Shown: positions 9,801-18,524, numbered from the stretch's first letter. The stretch: DNA of 64,000 nucleotides from an uncultured Bacilli bacterium (GCA_934131695.1 CAKOZV010000002.1:5316-69315); one strand, 5' to 3'. Translations and numbers: made by a program. The notes: generated by a model from the sequence alone, not told the origin.

Positions 9801-11277
9801 AAATATCAATGGTATTCATACCATATTTAGAAAGGAAACGAGTTTCATCATCAAATCGTTTTATATATGCAAAACTTTCCTCAGTAAATTCAGCAATTGT
9901 TTTTCTTTGATTTTCATCTAACAATAAAGTATTGGTATTGTACCCAAGTAAATCATTAATATCTTGATACTTATCAACTATTTTATTGATATTTAAAGGT
10001 TTAAGCCAAAGAGGAAATTTACTAACGTCTAATATATTGATATTATTATTTTTTGTATATTCTATATAATAATCTTTAACTGCTTCTTTGAAGAAACATT
10101 CTATCATTTCATTTTTATTATTTTCTTTTGTAATTTTCCATGTGTGTGGTAGTCTTCCCGTTATTTCATCAATTGCTTCATCATTTTCCATCAAATAATC
10201 AATAGTTTCAGGATATTTTTCTAATAATCTTTGAAAATTACCGGATTCAAGTCTTTCGCACAGTCTGACAAATTTCATGTTTTTTTCCATAAAAAACTCT
10301 ATAGGTATAGGTATTGTCTTAAATGCTTCTAAATTATCTTTAACATCTTGATAAGTTAAACATCTATTAAAATATTTATTCTTTATATCCTGTGGTAAAT
10401 TAATATTTTTCAAAAATAAATCTTTATTTTGTTCTACAAAATCATGGGGATAATCACTTTCTCTCAATGTACGGTCTACTCGATAAGAGTCATTATAATA
10501 AAATCCATTCGTAATAGCCTCATTTCTTACTTCTTTATAGATTGCCAATTTAATATCAGATAATGAAGCATTTTCTAAATTATTTAATGAGTCAGCATCA
10601 AAGTAGTGTCTTACTATATCTTCTATATTTTTATATTCAGTTGCATTTTGCTTATATAATTCTATATTTTTCTTAAGTCCAAGTATATTAATGAGTCTTT
10701 TATCAATAGAAGTAAAACCATTTTTTCTTCTGCTTCTAGCATTACAATTATTTTCTAATTCATTTATTTGCTCATCTGATAAATTGCTAATATCTTTTAT
10801 CGATAAATTATAACTATAGTATTTATCTTTAATATCTTGAGAGAATTTATCTGATAAAAACAAACTGCTATTTTCTTTTTCAGTTTTTTCATCAAAGAAA
10901 ATATCACTATAACTTTCTAAACTTTCTATATTCTTAACATTACAGCCTTTAAAATTATAAATTTCTTTTCCAATAATAAGAATATCTGATATTTCAAAAT
11001 CTAGATTAGCTTTAGTTTTGGAAAAGTCAGCTGGGTATTTATCAGATGATACTAGTATTACATTCTCCCATTCTTCAAAAGGTATATCACTTAAGTCATA
11101 AGAAAGCAATCTACTCTGCAATCCAGATAATTCTTCCAGGCCTTTTTTAAGAAAATCTTCCTCATTATAATTATTACTGTCCTTTAGAGTTTTTTCCTCT
11201 TCATTCAATCTGCCTAGTAATTGTTGTTGCTCTTCTTTATATTTTCTAAATTCTTCTAAGTTTAATTTTTCTAACAT
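6808..11277 (-). CDS. 1489-aa multidomain protein: repeat-containing N-terminal two thirds plus a C-terminal Pol-beta-type nucleotidyltransferase resembling class I (archaeal-type) CCA-adding / PAP-like enzymes
   Basis: Uninterrupted 4.47-kb ORF with RBS AGAGGAAG. NTase signature LIDTGSTGRGTNKPGDGDFDFMMRLD (GS-x-RGT...DxD) is followed by NILLAKQVLKEANVYK...GGLGGVGIENWILQNGGSF. This matches my recollection of the archaeal CCA-enzyme core (GSxxRGT..DxDxF; K.FLK..gvYG..GFSGY..ELL...GSF). The N-terminal part carries four copies of an LF(I/L)-x4-8-P-x2-(I/L)K-x-K(F/Y)Y motif. Confidence 0.6.
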   Translation of the reverse strand: MLEKLNLEEFRKYKEEQQQLLGRLNEEEKTLKDSNNYNEEDFLKKGLEELSGLQSRLLSYDLSDIPFEEWENVILVSSDKYPADFSKTKANLDFEISDILIIGKEIYNFKGCNVKNIESLESYSDIFFDEKTEKENSSLFLSDKFSQDIKDKYYSYNLSIKDISNLSDEQINELENNCNARSRRKNGFTSIDKRLINILGLKKNIELYKQNATEYKNIEDIVRHYFDADSLNNLENASLSDIKLAIYKEVRNEAITNGFYYNDSYRVDRTLRESDYPHDFVEQNKDLFLKNINLPQDIKNKYFNRCLTYQDVKDNLEAFKTIPIPIEFFMEKNMKFVRLCERLESGNFQRLLEKYPETIDYLMENDEAIDEITGRLPHTWKITKENNKNEMIECFFKEAVKDYYIEYTKNNNINILDVSKFPLWLKPLNINKIVDKYQDINDLLGYNTNTLLLDENQRKTIAEFTEESFAYIKRFDDETRFLSKYGMNTIDILRHIDLVNSYSYDEFQEKIATELWNIRNSHQYYRFDYDYITGDFREKHPNIFIDFDAPEPLRKAFYENSINGDFIKEHPDCLEYIRTSNRPLRDFFETKTSGLIDNIEKTLGRTETYEIIIPYLKCFEKINFGYNEENLTKTALLDEINKEIFKNITNGNVDYNNDIHESFKKKYPSLFINDKVPKEIKDKFYNREFTLDDFNNDIDLFKYFKDTNIACAFGKDYYWTIPLFENIDNDNDKANYSRLKIIAEYQKIPDCDLRDTFKEYCCEEDSNLEDDKISTIVTALEKLSYSNSSEMYKLKKSIASQVIKLPDPLEKLDKMEDIFIKNNLPTIGKIYSCFEILHPDLSDFNFDSDIISPILKHKSTMGRQFTIFSNLIRTTLASNNRSVNDYLDNIEVGSNLYKEIMSGKKSYDSLSEEDKKTMNLFSKHLETLYNNSMKGKKEPFTSEKNGIEEIDELVTKLSPNGSSDYNIADRVVRMFCGHAGISTMKEAKDFIESKFQQAQLRNIQASKHDMTLDKGDFIKGIGDITYLLSILESGSRAKEFLGADSDSDLTPLDTDISIILDNEGTIKEKINRTVAHEKGPIYFAIKPDDDFIITRDDDGEKNITNDMTKIEVFKTGVRGKDHYGIEVGFPTTKITSLMLENYDKRVGLIVAMSNGGYVPVRNMEGRTVFTYDDYKALRNKMSGLSHYKENDYNFSDNLVISEVEELKEEIEANNELTAKKREKINRVIEEAMQEVGLELKTKIDGDLSSGVVELIDTGSTGRGTNKPGDGDFDFMMRLDRKIMSKTEELDKVKQTLLRKLGKEDTYDITSIGDFRLKGVKLDEEDSVDIDISFVTKTDEVSYSTDMALEDRLETIKKIDKEKYNYVVANILLAKQVLKEANVYKKTSSDRSQGGLGGVGIENWILQNGGSFVDAMDSFLDAAKDKDFNQFKDSYQIWDFGENHMAAREGVFPHDNFVYNMSDVGYRKMKQTLIQYKKSHNLTNEVAKQH

Positions 11278-11420
11278 ATTATACTTCCTCTCTTATCTTC
11301 TATTAACAGTATATCATATAGATGACTAATTTAGCATAAAATAACAATATAGGTAACTACCTACACAAATAGAGATTACTAGAATACCTTATATTAGATA
11401 ATAGATAAGAGGTGGATAAA

Positions 11421-11825
11421 ATGAATACAAAGGAAAACTGTTGCTTTTCTAAATTATTAAAAGTAATTGATATTTTACAGAAAAACTCTTGTGGAGAACT
11501 TTGTAATGATGAATCATGTACTAGACCATTCTTAGGAGGAAGTCCTACTATCATTTGTTATAATACTAGACCGGTAACATTCTATACAGCAAGTGGAAAT
11601 ATCTTCACAGCTAACTATCAAGTAGCAGGTAATAATAAAACATCAAGTGTCTTTAGAGTAGAAAGTGTAGATGGCTGTTGTGTAAAATGTAGAATACTAG
11701 AACCTAACCCTGATCAAAGTGATTTAACAAGAAGTTATCTTGCAACTAATCAATTTATAACTATTAATTTAAACTGTATTTGTGTCATTAGCTGTCTTGC
11801 TGATATTATCATTGATAGTTTATAA
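11421..11825 (+). CDS. cysteine-rich spore coat/exosporium protein, CotY/CotZ family
   Basis: ATG at 11421 follows AAGAGGTGG. Layout matches B. subtilis CotY/CotZ: N-terminal C..L..I..LQ, NTRPV.FY, SSVFRVESVDGCC..C..L.P, TINLNCICVISCL. Confidence 0.7.
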   Translation: MNTKENCCFSKLLKVIDILQKNSCGELCNDESCTRPFLGGSPTIICYNTRPVTFYTASGNIFTANYQVAGNNKTSSVFRVESVDGCCVKCRILEPNPDQSDLTRSYLATNQFITINLNCICVISCLADIIIDSL

Positions 11826-11842
11826 AAGAAAGGAAAGATATT

Positions 11843-12256
11843 ATGTGTTCAAATCAAGATGATTCTAAAAGAAACTGCTTAACAAATATATTAGACACTA
11901 TTCTTTGCTTACAAGAGAAAAAGGATTCTTGCTGTGAAGAAGGTGGTTGTGATAAGCCATATTTAGGACCTACACCTAGCCTTGTTTGTTATAATACTAG
12001 ACCCATTAATTTCTATAATTGTATGAATGGAACGCTTTGGACTTTTCCTTATACTTTAGGAGAAACAAGTAATACATCAAGTGTCTTTAGAATTGAAAAT
12101 ATGGAAGATAATTGTTGTACTTGTAGAGTTCTTGCACCTAATCCTGTAACTAATAGTGAAGAACCTTACCTAAGTACTAATTCCTTTTTTACAATTAATC
12201 TAGATTGTGTTTCAGCAATAAAATGTTTAGCAGATACTTTTGTAAGTGGAGTTTAA
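11843..12256 (+). CDS. cysteine-rich spore coat/exosporium protein, CotY/CotZ family (tandem paralogue)
   Basis: Same length (137 aa) and same motif order as the upstream gene (SSVFRIENMEDNCCTCRVLAPNP, TINLDCVSAIKCL). RBS is GGAAAG. Confidence 0.7.
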   Translation: MCSNQDDSKRNCLTNILDTILCLQEKKDSCCEEGGCDKPYLGPTPSLVCYNTRPINFYNCMNGTLWTFPYTLGETSNTSSVFRIENMEDNCCTCRVLAPNPVTNSEEPYLSTNSFFTINLDCVSAIKCLADTFVSGV

Positions 12257-12267
12257 AAAAGGCTTCA

Positions 12268-12603
12268 TCATGATTGATGAGCTTTTTTTATTTGAAAAGA
12301 TGTGATTGTTGATATGGGAATAATTTCATTATCTAGTGTTATGATACTACTACTAGTTCTAGCAGCTAGAAAGGTATTAACTGTTTTGCCAGCAAAAGAA
12401 ATGGTAACTGGTATATTAAAAGGATAACCTCTAGTTCTAAAGATAGAGTTAATTTTATCTTCAATACTTACTTGCTCTTCCCTCTCCTCCTCCTTAACAA
12501 CTTTATTTTTAACTACTTTATTAACACTAGATGATTTATAATAACTAGTATTATTGCTAGAGATATTGTTACTCACTTTAAAAATCGGTGGTAAATTCTT
12601 CAT
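12268..12603 (-). CDS. hypothetical protein (possibly spore-associated, from neighbourhood only)
   Basis: 111-aa ORF with RBS AGGAGG. It ends in TGA TGA. No motif recognised. Confidence 0.45.
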   Translation of the reverse strand: MKNLPPIFKVSNNISSNNTSYYKSSSVNKVVKNKVVKEEEREEQVSIEDKINSIFRTRGYPFNIPVTISFAGKTVNTFLAARTSSSIITLDNEIIPISTITSFQIKKAHQS

Positions 12604-12691
12604 ATCTTTTAACCTCCTAATTAATTTTATGTTTTTCTTAATAAAATTTGCTAATATTTGATATAATAATAATGGCTTGTGAGGTGGATAT

Positions 12692-13843
12692 ATGTTTAAG
12701 AAAAATAAAATAGATTATAGTATATTAGGATTTGTTTTAATCTTTTTCCTAATTAGTGTTGTTACTATTAATAGTGCACTTACTTACTTACCAAGTGATG
12801 TTGGTAATTTAGCTTTAAAACAAGTTATTTGGTATGGAGTTGGTTTATTACTCGTCTTTATAATTTTTAAGGTTAAGAATGAGTATTTATATAGAAATGC
12901 TTGGTTTTTTTATATTCTATGTAACCTACTGCTCTTGTGTCTTTTGTTATTTGCACCAGCTATTAATAATAGTAAGTGTTGGTTTATTATCCCGAAGATT
13001 GGTAGTTTCCAGCCTAGTGAGTTTACCAAGATAAGTCTAATGCTAGTACTTGGTACTATGATTAATAACTTTAGATTAGATTATGAAGAACCTAGTATAA
13101 AGGAAGAGTTTATTTTTTTACTAAAGACTTTTATTGTAGTATTAATACCTAGTATTTTAACCTTTCTAGAACCAGATACAGGAGCAGTTATAATCTACTT
13201 TATAATTTATATTTCTATGTTATTTGCATCAGGTATTAGATTAAGATGGTTTGTTATTCTAGGAGGACTTGCTCTTTTAGCAATTGGGTTAGTTTTAGGA
13301 TGTTACTTTACTAGTGAGAAGTTATTTGTTTCTATCTTTGGTAATAATTTATACTATCGATTTGAAAGAGTATTTAACTGGAAAAGTGGTAGTGGCTTAC
13401 AACTTGAAAATGCCCTTGCTGCTATTGGTTCTGCTGGTGTATTTGGACATGGTTATAATAAGACTCCTATTTATTTTCCAGAGTCTGGTACTGATTTTAT
13501 CTTTGCTGTTTTTGCTAGTAATTTTGGACTTTTAGGTTGTTTTTTATTTCTATTATTATTATTACTATTTGATGGAAAGTTATTCTTTATTGCTGTTAAA
13601 AAGATTCCTTTAACCGATAAATTTGTCTTAGCAGGAATTATTGGTATGCTTATCTTTCAACAAGTACAAAATATTGGTATGACTATTGGTCTTTTACCAA
13701 TAACCGGTATTACTCTTCCCTTTATTAGTTATGGAGGAAGTAGTTTATTATCTTATATGATTTTAATTGGAATTATTCTAAATATTAGAGAAGAACATTC
13801 TAATTATCAATATAGTTACAAGAAAAAAGGATTGTTTGGTTAA
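12692..13843 (+). CDS. FtsW/RodA/SpoVE-family (SEDS) peptidoglycan polymerase
   Basis: 383 aa with about 10 TM segments. Conserved blocks QPSEFTKI, EPDTG, DFIFAV and LPFISYGGSS are present. Confidence 0.9.
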   Translation: MFKKNKIDYSILGFVLIFFLISVVTINSALTYLPSDVGNLALKQVIWYGVGLLLVFIIFKVKNEYLYRNAWFFYILCNLLLLCLLLFAPAINNSKCWFIIPKIGSFQPSEFTKISLMLVLGTMINNFRLDYEEPSIKEEFIFLLKTFIVVLIPSILTFLEPDTGAVIIYFIIYISMLFASGIRLRWFVILGGLALLAIGLVLGCYFTSEKLFVSIFGNNLYYRFERVFNWKSGSGLQLENALAAIGSAGVFGHGYNKTPIYFPESGTDFIFAVFASNFGLLGCFLFLLLLLLFDGKLFFIAVKKIPLTDKFVLAGIIGMLIFQQVQNIGMTIGLLPITGITLPFISYGGSSLLSYMILIGIILNIREEHSNYQYSYKKKGLFG

Positions 13844-13848
13844 TCCTT

Positions 13849-14859
13849 TTATTTTTGTAATACTTCTTGATAAACTTCTTTTAACTGTTTTCCGACTGTT
13901 TTAATATCTTTTTCCTTAGCTTTCTTACTAGCATTATCAGTTAGTGATGGTAGTTCTTTTTCTACTATTTTTTTAGTCTTATCAACAAATTCATCTACAT
14001 TCTTAGCTTTATAAACATCTACATTTTCCTTAAACCAATCTTTAAATATTTCAATATCTCTTACTAGTATAGGACACTTCATCGCACAGGCTTCTATGAT
14101 AGGTATTCCTTCTGTTTCTTCTAGAGTTGGAAATAAGAATAAATCACAGCCACCTAACGCTTCTCTTATATATTTTTGATCAACATGACCTGCAAAAGTT
14201 AAGTTAGGAAGTTTTGTCTCTACTGCTCGTCTAGCATCAGGAGTAGCGGCTGCTAATGGACTTGATCCAAACCAAATAAATTTATAGTCTGGTAATCTCT
14301 TAGCCACTTCAACAAAATCAACAATTCCTTTTCTTCTACTATATATACCAATTCCTACTATTACTTTATCAGTATCTTTATAATTATATCTTTTTCTAAA
14401 TGATTCACGGTATTTTTTATCCGGTTTAAAGAAATCTAATTCTAATCCATTAGAAATAGCTACTATCTTTTTACCTTTCAATCCCTTATAACCTTCTAAT
14501 ATCTTTTTAGAATAAACAGTTGGAGTAACAATAATATCTCCTAATTTATAACATTTTTCTATCCACCATTTAAATAATTTACTAGTTAAATGGCCCCCAA
14601 TAAACCCATCTTTATAATCTTCTTCTGTTGAATGAGCATGATAGACTATCTTTATTCCTTTTCTTTTTAACTTTTTAGCTAGAAAATAAGACTTTAAGAA
14701 ATAGGTATTGATATGTGCTATATCGTAATCAGTTGCCTTATAATCTCTTGTATAGTCTACTTTTGTAGACTTTAAAGCCTTTTCCTGATGAAGAATAGCT
14801 TTTCCTAAGCCACTTACTCCTATAACTTTCAAACCTTCAGCATATAATAAAACCTTCAT
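13849..14859 (-). CDS. glycosyltransferase family 4 (GT-B, group 1)
   Basis: MKVLLYAE... start lies after a GAAGGGAAG RBS; the tracked TTG start at 14877 is less likely. GT1 C-terminal motif FPTLEETEGIPIIEA is present. Confidence 0.8.
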   Translation of the reverse strand: MKVLLYAEGLKVIGVSGLGKAILHQEKALKSTKVDYTRDYKATDYDIAHINTYFLKSYFLAKKLKRKGIKIVYHAHSTEEDYKDGFIGGHLTSKLFKWWIEKCYKLGDIIVTPTVYSKKILEGYKGLKGKKIVAISNGLELDFFKPDKKYRESFRKRYNYKDTDKVIVGIGIYSRRKGIVDFVEVAKRLPDYKFIWFGSSPLAAATPDARRAVETKLPNLTFAGHVDQKYIREALGGCDLFLFPTLEETEGIPIIEACAMKCPILVRDIEIFKDWFKENVDVYKAKNVDEFVDKTKKIVEKELPSLTDNASKKAKEKDIKTVGKQLKEVYQEVLQK

Positions 14860-14941
14860 AATATCTTCCCTTCTCAAGATGAGTATAACATACTTTTTCT
14901 TATAACAATAGAAAAAGTAGAAATTAATCTACTTTATTAAT

Positions 14942-16114
14942 CTACTTCTCTTTTTGAAATGATTCTTTAATGGTTTTCTTTCCTACATAGAAGTAATCAT
15001 ATGGACTTCTATTGATTAAATAACTATTAGCTCTTTCTAAGAATTTATCTTTCTTTTCCTGTGATGGAAGTTTTTTTGTCTCTTCTTTTACTATAGTATC
15101 TGCAATATCTGTAACTAATTCACCACCTATAAGTTCTGGATATTGTACTTCTATGGAATGGTTAAGTTCATACATTTGTCTATCAATACTAATCATAGAA
15201 CTATTAATCTCATAATTTTCTTTAATTGTTTTCATTATATTATTATTGAACTTTAAATATTCTTCTTCATCATAATGAATATCTACTTGATACATATGCT
15301 CTTTTAAGAATTTTTGAAGAAAACTCAATTCAAATTCTTCAGTACCTTCTTCTAATGGTTTATAAAACAATTTAGATTTTACTGGTTCTACATAACTAAC
15401 ATTAGCATAATTTTTAGCTATTTTCTTTAGTTTTCCATTTATTAATTCTGATATTCTTAAACCTAGGAAATTTGGAGCACCACAAACATATACTTGTGTA
15501 TTAGTTTGATTAGTTCTGTTGTTAGTTTGAATATATTTAAGTACTGATTCTAAACCAACTGTATCTCTATTAACACCACTCATTAATTGTTGGGCTAGTT
15601 TACCATTACGAGTTGCAGCATCAAGAAAAGATCCTGTGCAACCATTATAAACAATAATATTAGCCGTATTAAGACTATCATCCAAAGCTAAATCTCTTAA
15701 TCCTTTATTATCTGTTTCGTCATATGGATAATACTTTTCAATCTTTGCTGGTGTAAGTCCATGAGTTACCATACTACTAGTAGCTCCAGAATAATCTCTT
15801 CTATTCATTTCATGCATTTCATTTTCGGTTATATTAGAAATTAGCCATTCAAAGATATGTTCATCATTATTATTTTGGGCTCTAGCGAAATGATATCTTT
15901 CAAGTTCTATATCATATTCTTTCATAATACTTTCAATACTATCATTTCTCAAAAGTAATGGTTTTATTGTTCTTACCATTGAATAACCAGAAGCAATTGA
16001 GTTACCCAAACTAATCAAACGTAAATTAGTTATAGGAGAATCACTATTCTTTAACATACTAGCTACTTCCCTATTTAATTCTTTTTGTTTGTCAATTATT
16101 ATTTTATTCATCAT
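14942..16114 (-). CDS. hypothetical protein, possible SGNH/GDSL-like hydrolase
   Basis: 390 aa with a block-I-like LISLGNSIASGYS motif near the N-terminus. The assignment is weak. Confidence 0.4.
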   Translation of the reverse strand: MMNKIIIDKQKELNREVASMLKNSDSPITNLRLISLGNSIASGYSMVRTIKPLLLRNDSIESIMKEYDIELERYHFARAQNNNDEHIFEWLISNITENEMHEMNRRDYSGATSSMVTHGLTPAKIEKYYPYDETDNKGLRDLALDDSLNTANIIVYNGCTGSFLDAATRNGKLAQQLMSGVNRDTVGLESVLKYIQTNNRTNQTNTQVYVCGAPNFLGLRISELINGKLKKIAKNYANVSYVEPVKSKLFYKPLEEGTEEFELSFLQKFLKEHMYQVDIHYDEEEYLKFNNNIMKTIKENYEINSSMISIDRQMYELNHSIEVQYPELIGGELVTDIADTIVKEETKKLPSQEKKDKFLERANSYLINRSPYDYFYVGKKTIKESFQKEK

Positions 16115-16213
16115 AATCCCCCTAAATGTCAGCTAATTATACCACTATTTTTTATTTTTGTCAAATTGACCACTTTCAAAATTGATAAATTTGGTTTTTT
16201 TTGCAAAAAAGTG

Positions 16214-16243
16214 TTGACAATATCTATATATACATGTTAAACT
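16214..16243 (+). promoter_or_regulatory. sigma-A-type promoter of tRNA-Ala
   Basis: AAAGTGTTGACA -35 box, 18-nt spacer, TAAACT, ending about 15 nt before the tRNA. Confidence 0.55.
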
Positions 16244-16257
16244 TAATTTGTTCTTAC

Positions 16258-16333
16258 GGGGAATTAGCTCAGCTGGGAGAGCGTCTGCTTTGCACGCAGA
16301 AGGTCAGGAGTTCGATCCTCCTATTCTCCACCA
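16258..16333 (+). tRNA. tRNA-Ala (UGC)
   Basis: GGGGAAT acceptor stem, anticodon arm TCTGC-TTTGCAC-GCAGA, T-arm GGAGTTCGATCCTCC, encoded CCA. Confidence 0.95.
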
Positions 16334-16398
16334 TATAAGATTTCACTAGCCAGTTGGTTAGTTTTTTTATGCAAAAATAAGCTTGCTTTATGGCAAGC

Positions 16399-17223
16399 TT
16401 ATTTATTTAAAGATTTATCTATAACATTCATTACCCTATTTTTCATATAACATTGACCTTTAAAATTTGGATGACAATCATTTTTAGCAACATGATTAAT
16501 ATTTCCCATAACATCAACAAAGTGTATATTATCATATTCTTCAAAATAACTGGCTACTTTTCTGTTAATCCCAGCATATATCGGTGCTAAACCATATCGC
16601 ATTAATTTTGATTCAAACATAGGATAAACACCAAACATATAAATTTCTACAGTAGGATTTAAAACTGTTAAGTAATCAACCATTAATTTAATATCAGACA
16701 TTGTTTTTTCAAAGTTATCATTAAATCTAAGTAATAGTTCTGGTGCTATTTGCTTTATATCATTTGATCTCATTTTCACATAGCTGTGGAAGTTCATTTG
16801 GCCACAACTATAAAAGAAAATGGGATTTTTACTTTCACAATAATGAGAAGTTATTTTCATAGTAGGATTATTGGTATCTTTATAATAGTCTTTTAAGAAT
16901 CTAGGATTAACTGGGAATGGAAATATTCCTTCTTTAGCAATAGCTTTTTTTGTTTGTACTAGATTTATATCATAATATTCTTGCTTTTGATAATCAGAGT
17001 CAATGATTCTTTTTAGACTGAACGTCTTATTACACCCTAAACTATGTAGGTTAACATAATTAACGTTTAAACCATAAGTTGTCATGTCATCAGCAACCAT
17101 ATCAATATAACTTTTAACTTCTGTATTATCTGGAGTATGTGGTACTCCAAAACAATCTAATGCCCCCATCAAAAACATTTCATTATCATTATACTTCTTC
17201 TTAAGTTTATCAATATTATTCAT
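16399..17223 (-). CDS. hypothetical protein, possible SGNH-like hydrolase
   Basis: 274 aa with a C-terminal NDCHPNFKG motif resembling SGNH block V (DxxH). It overlaps the upstream kinase-like ORF by 8 nt, suggesting an operon. Confidence 0.4.
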   Translation of the reverse strand: MNNIDKLKKKYNDNEMFLMGALDCFGVPHTPDNTEVKSYIDMVADDMTTYGLNVNYVNLHSLGCNKTFSLKRIIDSDYQKQEYYDINLVQTKKAIAKEGIFPFPVNPRFLKDYYKDTNNPTMKITSHYCESKNPIFFYSCGQMNFHSYVKMRSNDIKQIAPELLLRFNDNFEKTMSDIKLMVDYLTVLNPTVEIYMFGVYPMFESKLMRYGLAPIYAGINRKVASYFEEYDNIHFVDVMGNINHVAKNDCHPNFKGQCYMKNRVMNVIDKSLNK

Positions 17224-17926
17224 TATTTATCCTCCTTAAATATATAGCATTTCTTTCATATCTAACTAATTGTTTTACCTTAGATAATATTTCTATATCT
17301 TCTCCCGCATATTCACTAAGTGACTTTCTAAATTCTTTTAAAAATTCTAATGACGAAGCTTCTTCATATGAATTATATAGTATTTTGTCTTGACTAACAA
17401 AATAATTAAAATAACTATCTACTAAAAAGCATTTTATTTCTTCATCAAAATCAGCTACATTAGTTTGAAAGTCTACCTTTTTGCTAGAATAATCGGCTGT
17501 ATCAATAATTGAAAATTTTTTTCTACTATATAAAATATTGTACATTATATCATAAGCTTTTACATTATTATCTGTTATTAGTTGTATATCAGTATAAACT
17601 TTAGTAATTGCAGCTTCCAAGTCATTTAAGTTGATGGACATAGGATTTAAATCATAAAGATTTTTAGCTTTTCTATATGGCATTATATATCCTACAATTC
17701 TTTGTCCTACCATAATCTCTTCTGTTGGCCAAATAAACGTTTTATTTTTAATATAAGAAAACCGAAGGAGTTCTTCCTTAGTTAATCCCTCATAATAGAA
17801 TAATAACTTATACACCATTTTCTTATTTTTATCTATGTAACATTCTCCCTGAGAGCCACTATTTAGATAATGTAGACTTTTAAAATACGACTCTTGTTCC
17901 TTTTGGCTACTAAATCTCATCCCCAT
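17216..17926 (-). CDS. hypothetical protein with a protein-kinase-like N-terminus
   Basis: A SGSQGECY....VYKLL segment resembles a glycine loop plus VxK of the kinase fold. Nothing further was recognised. Confidence 0.3.
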   Translation of the reverse strand: MGMRFSSQKEQESYFKSLHYLNSGSQGECYIDKNKKMVYKLLFYYEGLTKEELLRFSYIKNKTFIWPTEEIMVGQRIVGYIMPYRKAKNLYDLNPMSINLNDLEAAITKVYTDIQLITDNNVKAYDIMYNILYSRKKFSIIDTADYSSKKVDFQTNVADFDEEIKCFLVDSYFNYFVSQDKILYNSYEEASSLEFLKEFRKSLSEYAGEDIEILSKVKQLVRYERNAIYLRRINNE

Positions 17927-17983
17927 CCCCTCTTTGTTCGTGTATTATAACACTTATTTAAGTATAAATCAACTATAATCGAC

Positions 17984-18466
17984 TTAAGAGACTGTTATTT
18001 TGGCTAAATCAAACTTAATTACTTTCTTTAGTTCATCTAAAGTAGTTTCCACTTGATAGCCTATTTTTCCACCACTAAATATTAATCTATCATAATCTTT
18101 AGCACTGCTATCAATAACAGTTTTAAAGCTTTTTTTCATACCAATTGGAGAACATCCGCCGTGAACATAACCAGTAAGTGGTAGTAGTTCTTTGGATTTT
18201 ACCATTTCTATACTCTTTTCATTAACAGCTTGAGCAGCTTTTTTTAAATCTAATTCTTTATTTACGGGTACTAAAAAGACATAATGATTATTAGTTTTAC
18301 CAACTGTGACTAAGGTTTTAAAAGTAAGATTAGGATTTTCATCTAGAGCTTCTACTACTTCCATTCCACTGATAGCACCAGTTCCTAAATAGTTATAACT
18401 CTTATATTTAATTTTCTTTTGATCTAATATACGCATTACATTTGTCTTTTCATCCTTTATTTTCAT
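17984..18466 (-). CDS. ybaK: Cys-tRNA(Pro)/Cys-tRNA(Cys) deacylase, YbaK/EbsC family
   Basis: 160 aa with N-terminal TNVMRILDQKKIKY and GGCSPIG / GGKIGYQ blocks typical of YbaK. Confidence 0.8.
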   Translation of the reverse strand: MKIKDEKTNVMRILDQKKIKYKSYNYLGTGAISGMEVVEALDENPNLTFKTLVTVGKTNNHYVFLVPVNKELDLKKAAQAVNEKSIEMVKSKELLPLTGYVHGGCSPIGMKKSFKTVIDSSAKDYDRLIFSGGKIGYQVETTLDELKKVIKFDLAKITVS

Positions 18467-18484
18467 TTAATTCACCTTTTTTCT

Positions 18485-18511
18485 ACAATAAAAGAGTCTA
18501 AAAAGACTCTT
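18485..18511 (-). terminator. terminator downstream of tRNA-His (hairpin usable in both directions)
   Basis: AAGAGTC-N6-GACTCTT, with TTTATTGT following on the minus strand. Confidence 0.55.
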
Positions 18512-18524
18512 ATTATCAATATAT

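Noticed and set aside
11290-11420. Sigma-K-type promoter (CATAAAATA) upstream of the cotY/Z-like genes
   Set aside because: A -10-like CATAnnnTA string exists, but I could not find a correctly spaced -35 AC element. In DNA this AT-rich such matches are expected by chance.
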